Below, in pieces: positions 59,550 through 62,377 of a stretch of 62,377 nucleotides of DNA. The notes under the pieces were generated by a model. The model saw nothing but the letters and a program-made list of their open reading frames with translations, ran no database searches and was not told the origin of the DNA. How positions within the stretch are numbered: the stretch's first letter is position 1; the number at the start of each line of letters is the position of its first letter. A program made the translations under genes and the position numbers. The DNA comes from Acidobacteriota bacterium (GTDB lineage Bacteria; Acidobacteriota; Terriglobia; Bryobacterales; Bryobacteraceae): assembly GCA_016178945.1 (NCBI GenBank), contig JACOSH010000079.1, forward strand, positions 1 to 62,377, written 5' to 3'.

Positions 59550-61115
59550 CTAATACCAGTACGAAAGCGTGTATCCGCCCCGTCCGCCTTGCGTATTGCA
59601 CGTGCATACTGTGTTGCACGTACAAACTGTGACCCATGTGGGCGACAGCGGGGCGCTCACGCAGTTGCAGATGCAGACAGCACCAGCGGGCAGGGGCGTT
59701 CCGCACGGAACCGTCTTCGTGGTCCACCGTTCAAAGGCCGAATCCCACACCCAGGTGATTCTCTCGTTGTGGGTACTGGTGACAGAAACGGAATTGCACG
59801 TGCATACGCAATCCTGGAAAGGGAGTTTTGCGTCTGCGGGCTTGGACTCTTTGAAGCTGCTGGCGGCTGGGTCTACGACGATTGCGGTGGCGATCTGACG
59901 GCCCCGCTCCGCAGTTCCGACGATAACGCGGCCCTCGGCGCTGCCCCACGCGTAAACGTGGGGTTTTGAGGCACATGACACACAGGTGACGGAAGCGACC
60001 CTGGAGTCGGGGGTCTCCCACTTGAACGGCGAAGGCTGGAACTCGTGGACAATCACTATGTCTCTCCCAACGCCATCGGCGGCCTTCTTCTTCGCCATCA
60101 CCACAGATTCGAGGCCGGAAGAAAAGGCGCGCAATGTCTCCACTATGTCCAGCCGCTCGCCCTGTTTGTCCGGGCGTCCGGAAGGAAACGCGAACAGGTC
60201 GAGCGTGCCCTCTGTCTTACGTAAGTAGCCGACCTTCGTACCGTTGGCCGAGACGATCAACTCGTCGAACGTCGCCACCGGATTCGGAAACGCGGTCACT
60301 TTCGGGACGTCGGTGTCGACTAACAGCACGGCCTTGGCCCCCGCGACGTAGGCGACCCTGGGCGATTCGGGGACGGTACCGGTTGACCGCACCTCCCACG
60401 CGCCACCGGCCACGCCAAGCTGGGACCGAATCGATGCACCAACCTTCAGTATCGCCGTTCGCTTCCCCGTCGCCGAATTCAACAGATGCAGATCGCCGTT
60501 CCTGTCTATCTTGACGATGCGCAGCCCATCGTGGGAAAAGGCGCCAGTCTTCCAGTCCTTTGCACCTGTTTCAAACAGCCGCTTCTGGCCAGCCATGTCG
60601 AAGCAGAGCAGTTTGCCTTTTCGTGTGAGAACAGCAAGACGTTCACCCTTGCCCCAGAAGAAATCGGTTACCATCTCCGAGGGATTAATACGCACAGGGG
60701 CGCGCCGCGCGCGCGTTCCTTTCACCTCCGGCGGAGGGGCCGGAGCTTTGTACGGGAAATCCAGTGGCTTCGAAAGATGGCCGGACTCCCATAATGTCAA
60801 CCGCCCGGCTCCGGCGAGGGCGGCGAGCCAGCGATGGTCATGGGAGAATTCGACCCTTTTCACCGCGCCCGTGACGGCAAGATTGCAGACCACGTAGGAG
60901 ATGGCGCCGCGACGTTGGGACGCGGCCTCTACCTCTACTGCGGACCCGGCAGCACCGATTCCCAGCGCGGCGGCTGCCTTTGCTAGGTCGCGGCGGCTTA
61001 CCGGACGTCCAGTCGCCGGGTCGGGCTCATGCAACTCAGAAACCTGACCGATGGCGGGCTCGTCGGAGTCCGCTTCTAGTTTGTTCGGAACGGAATCCTC
61101 ATTATTGTCCGACAT
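59550..61115 (-). CDS. Tat-signal beta-propeller-like protein with C-terminal cysteine-ladder tail (candidate maturation substrate)
   Basis: 521 aa with a strong SD (AAGGAGG). An acidic N-terminus is followed by SRRDLAKAAAALGIGAAGSAV (twin-arginine motif plus h-region). WD40-like repeats follow (VEFSHDHRWLAALAGAGRLTLWE; GAFSHDGLRIVKIDRNGDLHLLN). The last 87 aa read DCVCTCNS...VCICNCVS...VCTCNTVCTCNTQGGRGGYTLSYWY. Confidence 0.7.
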   Translation of the reverse strand: MSDNNEDSVPNKLEADSDEPAIGQVSELHEPDPATGRPVSRRDLAKAAAALGIGAAGSAVEVEAASQRRGAISYVVCNLAVTGAVKRVEFSHDHRWLAALAGAGRLTLWESGHLSKPLDFPYKAPAPPPEVKGTRARRAPVRINPSEMVTDFFWGKGERLAVLTRKGKLLCFDMAGQKRLFETGAKDWKTGAFSHDGLRIVKIDRNGDLHLLNSATGKRTAILKVGASIRSQLGVAGGAWEVRSTGTVPESPRVAYVAGAKAVLLVDTDVPKVTAFPNPVATFDELIVSANGTKVGYLRKTEGTLDLFAFPSGRPDKQGERLDIVETLRAFSSGLESVVMAKKKAADGVGRDIVIVHEFQPSPFKWETPDSRVASVTCVSCASKPHVYAWGSAEGRVIVGTAERGRQIATAIVVDPAASSFKESKPADAKLPFQDCVCTCNSVSVTSTHNERITWVWDSAFERWTTKTVPCGTPLPAGAVCICNCVSAPLSPTWVTVCTCNTVCTCNTQGGRGGYTLSYWY

Positions 61116-61195
61116 GAGGTGCCTCCTTGTTTGTCACCAACAGATACACCGTGGTTGTGTGACCAGGTTCTTGCCGCAATATTCCGCTCTGAAGG

Positions 61196-62377
61196 TCATC
61201 CATGGGCCACCTCCATTGCGGTATTACCGTGCTCCACCATTCTTAGTTCGGATTCTGGGATGTAAGTGATTCGTTTGCTTCCCCGTGCCCTCAGACAGGC
61301 TTCGACAAACTCGAAAGGTTCTTCCCGCAGAAGCGCGTCCTCGGCCAAGCGTCGGATCTCAGCCCGCGGGTAGTCTGTGTTCGCCGCCAAGTCGTACAGG
61401 CACTCCCAAAACAGCGTCTTGGGATTCTTGCCTTGCTGCATGAAGCGGTTCCAGTTGAATCGCTCCTCTTTGGCTCCTTCCACTTGGTCGGGATGAATGA
61501 TTTCACCTTCCAACGCTCGCCGTGTGGTTAGGTACCCAGGAAAGTAGAGGAGCGAGTACGTGTTCAGGACGTAAGGCCTGGGTATCGAAAGGAGCAGTTC
61601 GAGCACTTCCCGCCGGTCGCTGTCAGCGGAGAACGGATCGTCGATGATGAGGTCAAAAATGTTGTCGAAACCATACTGCTTGCCGAGACGCGCAACACAC
61701 AGGATGTCCTCGACTTTGTAAGGGCGGTCGTAGTACTCTCGGGCTACTTCGGGTGAGCCCTGAATACCCATGGACAACCATTTTACCCCGGCCCGCGCAA
61801 GATGGGGGATGACGCGCTCATTATTGATCCGCGGATCGGTCTGGCAGAAAAACGGGAGACCGATTTCCTGCCGGTACGCTTCGGCGAACTCGCTGACCCA
61901 CTGGTGGTCGGTCGTGAAGACCTCGTCGTAAAAGTAGATCTTGCGGAGTTCGGGGTTGCGGCGCGTGACTTCCTGCAGTTCCGCGATCACGCTCGCAACG
62001 GTACGGCGCCGGAGGAAGTTTCCCAAGCCCTTGTAGACCTGGCGCTGAACCGGATTGACACAGAACTCGCACCTATAGGGGCAACCGCGCGACGCCATCA
62101 TCGAGTACCAGTGCATTGAGCCCTGGACTTGCGTGTAGCGGGAGTTCAGATAGATGTGGTGGCCGTCGTTCTCAAAGTCGGGCCAAGTGATCGAATCCAG
62201 GTCCTGGACAAGCGGAAGCATCTCGTTCCGCAGAACTTCGTCACCCTGTAGAACTGGCAGGATCGTTCCAGGGTCACTGGCTGCGGCGCGGCGGCTCCAC
62301 ACGTTTGGACAGGTCTCAAGAGGTTGACCATGCTCCAAGCGTCGAAGAAAGATCGGCAACGCTTCCTCACACTCCCC
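61196..62377 (-). CDS. B12-binding-domain (class B) radical SAM enzyme (partial; N-terminus beyond window end)
   Basis: The frame is open to the window edge (GECEEALPIFLRR...). MMASRGCPYRCEFC (CX3CX2C), IYFYDEVF and LSMGIQGSPE are present. This layout is typical of B12-rSAM enzymes, whose cobalamin domain would lie upstream. Confidence 0.7.
   Translation of the reverse strand, partial: GECEEALPIFLRRLEHGQPLETCPNVWSRRAAASDPGTILPVLQGDEVLRNEMLPLVQDLDSITWPDFENDGHHIYLNSRYTQVQGSMHWYSMMASRGCPYRCEFCVNPVQRQVYKGLGNFLRRRTVASVIAELQEVTRRNPELRKIYFYDEVFTTDHQWVSEFAEAYRQEIGLPFFCQTDPRINNERVIPHLARAGVKWLSMGIQGSPEVAREYYDRPYKVEDILCVARLGKQYGFDNIFDLIIDDPFSADSDRREVLELLLSIPRPYVLNTYSLLYFPGYLTTRRALEGEIIHPDQVEGAKEERFNWNRFMQQGKNPKTLFWECLYDLAANTDYPRAEIRRLAEDALLREEPFEFVEACLRARGSKRITYIPESELRMVEHGNTAMEVAHG

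Noticed and set aside
59530-59969. Small overlapping ORFs (65 aa minus strand at 59530..59727; 141 aa and 109 aa plus strand) considered as hidden RiPP precursor genes
   Set aside because: All lie within or out of frame with the 3' end of the 521-aa gene and lack ribosome-binding sites. Their odd composition simply mirrors the Cys-codon repeats of the real frame.
51634-62377. Interpretation of the island operon as a lasso-peptide cluster (AsnB-like cyclase plus PqqD-like B1)
   Set aside because: No transglutaminase-like leader peptidase (B2) is present. No short precursor ORF exists in any of the tiny intergenic gaps. The three radical SAM enzymes and the GT-C-like protein are not part of lasso clusters. 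The resemblance is kept only as an analogy for AsnB-like chemistry.

Overview
This is a 62.4-kb high-GC segment. Hand counts of single 60-nt lines give about 67-68% GC in the first 50 kb. Gene content looks Acidobacteriota-like: a carboxypeptidase-regulatory-domain TonB receptor, an ADOP-type permease remnant and a DUF4159/BatA-like operon. All calls below come from reading the ORF translations and DNA by eye; no BLAST or HMM search was possible. Positions 1-50.4 kb are ordinary chromosome. They carry a Bat-like aerotolerance-type operon, an S1/P1 nuclease, topA, speA, hom, an MlaEFD lipid-transport operon, and a compact uricolysis operon (allB, an allantoicase-OHCU decarboxylase fusion, uraH, uricase). 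They also carry msrP, alaX, a TonB receptor with bfr, acpS-nikR and queG. This stretch also holds two decayed genes and a dispersed palindromic intergenic repeat. From about 50.5 kb the character changes. There is an orphan BrnA antitoxin and a truncated, frameshifted M20 peptidase, and line-level GC drops visibly to about 47-62% in my spot counts. One tightly coupled minus-strand operon then runs from 51634 past the window end. It encodes three radical SAM enzymes (one B12-binding, two with SPASM-type C-termini, one with a CX4CX2C cluster motif). It also encodes two Cys-less asparagine-synthetase-like enzymes, a GT-C-like polytopic membrane protein and a stand-alone PqqD-like protein. The eighth gene is a 521-aa Tat-signal beta-propeller-like protein ending in an unusual (V-C-T-C-N-T)-type cysteine ladder. 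I do not recognise this combination as any described RiPP, cofactor or protein-maturation class. It is my main candidate for a new system.
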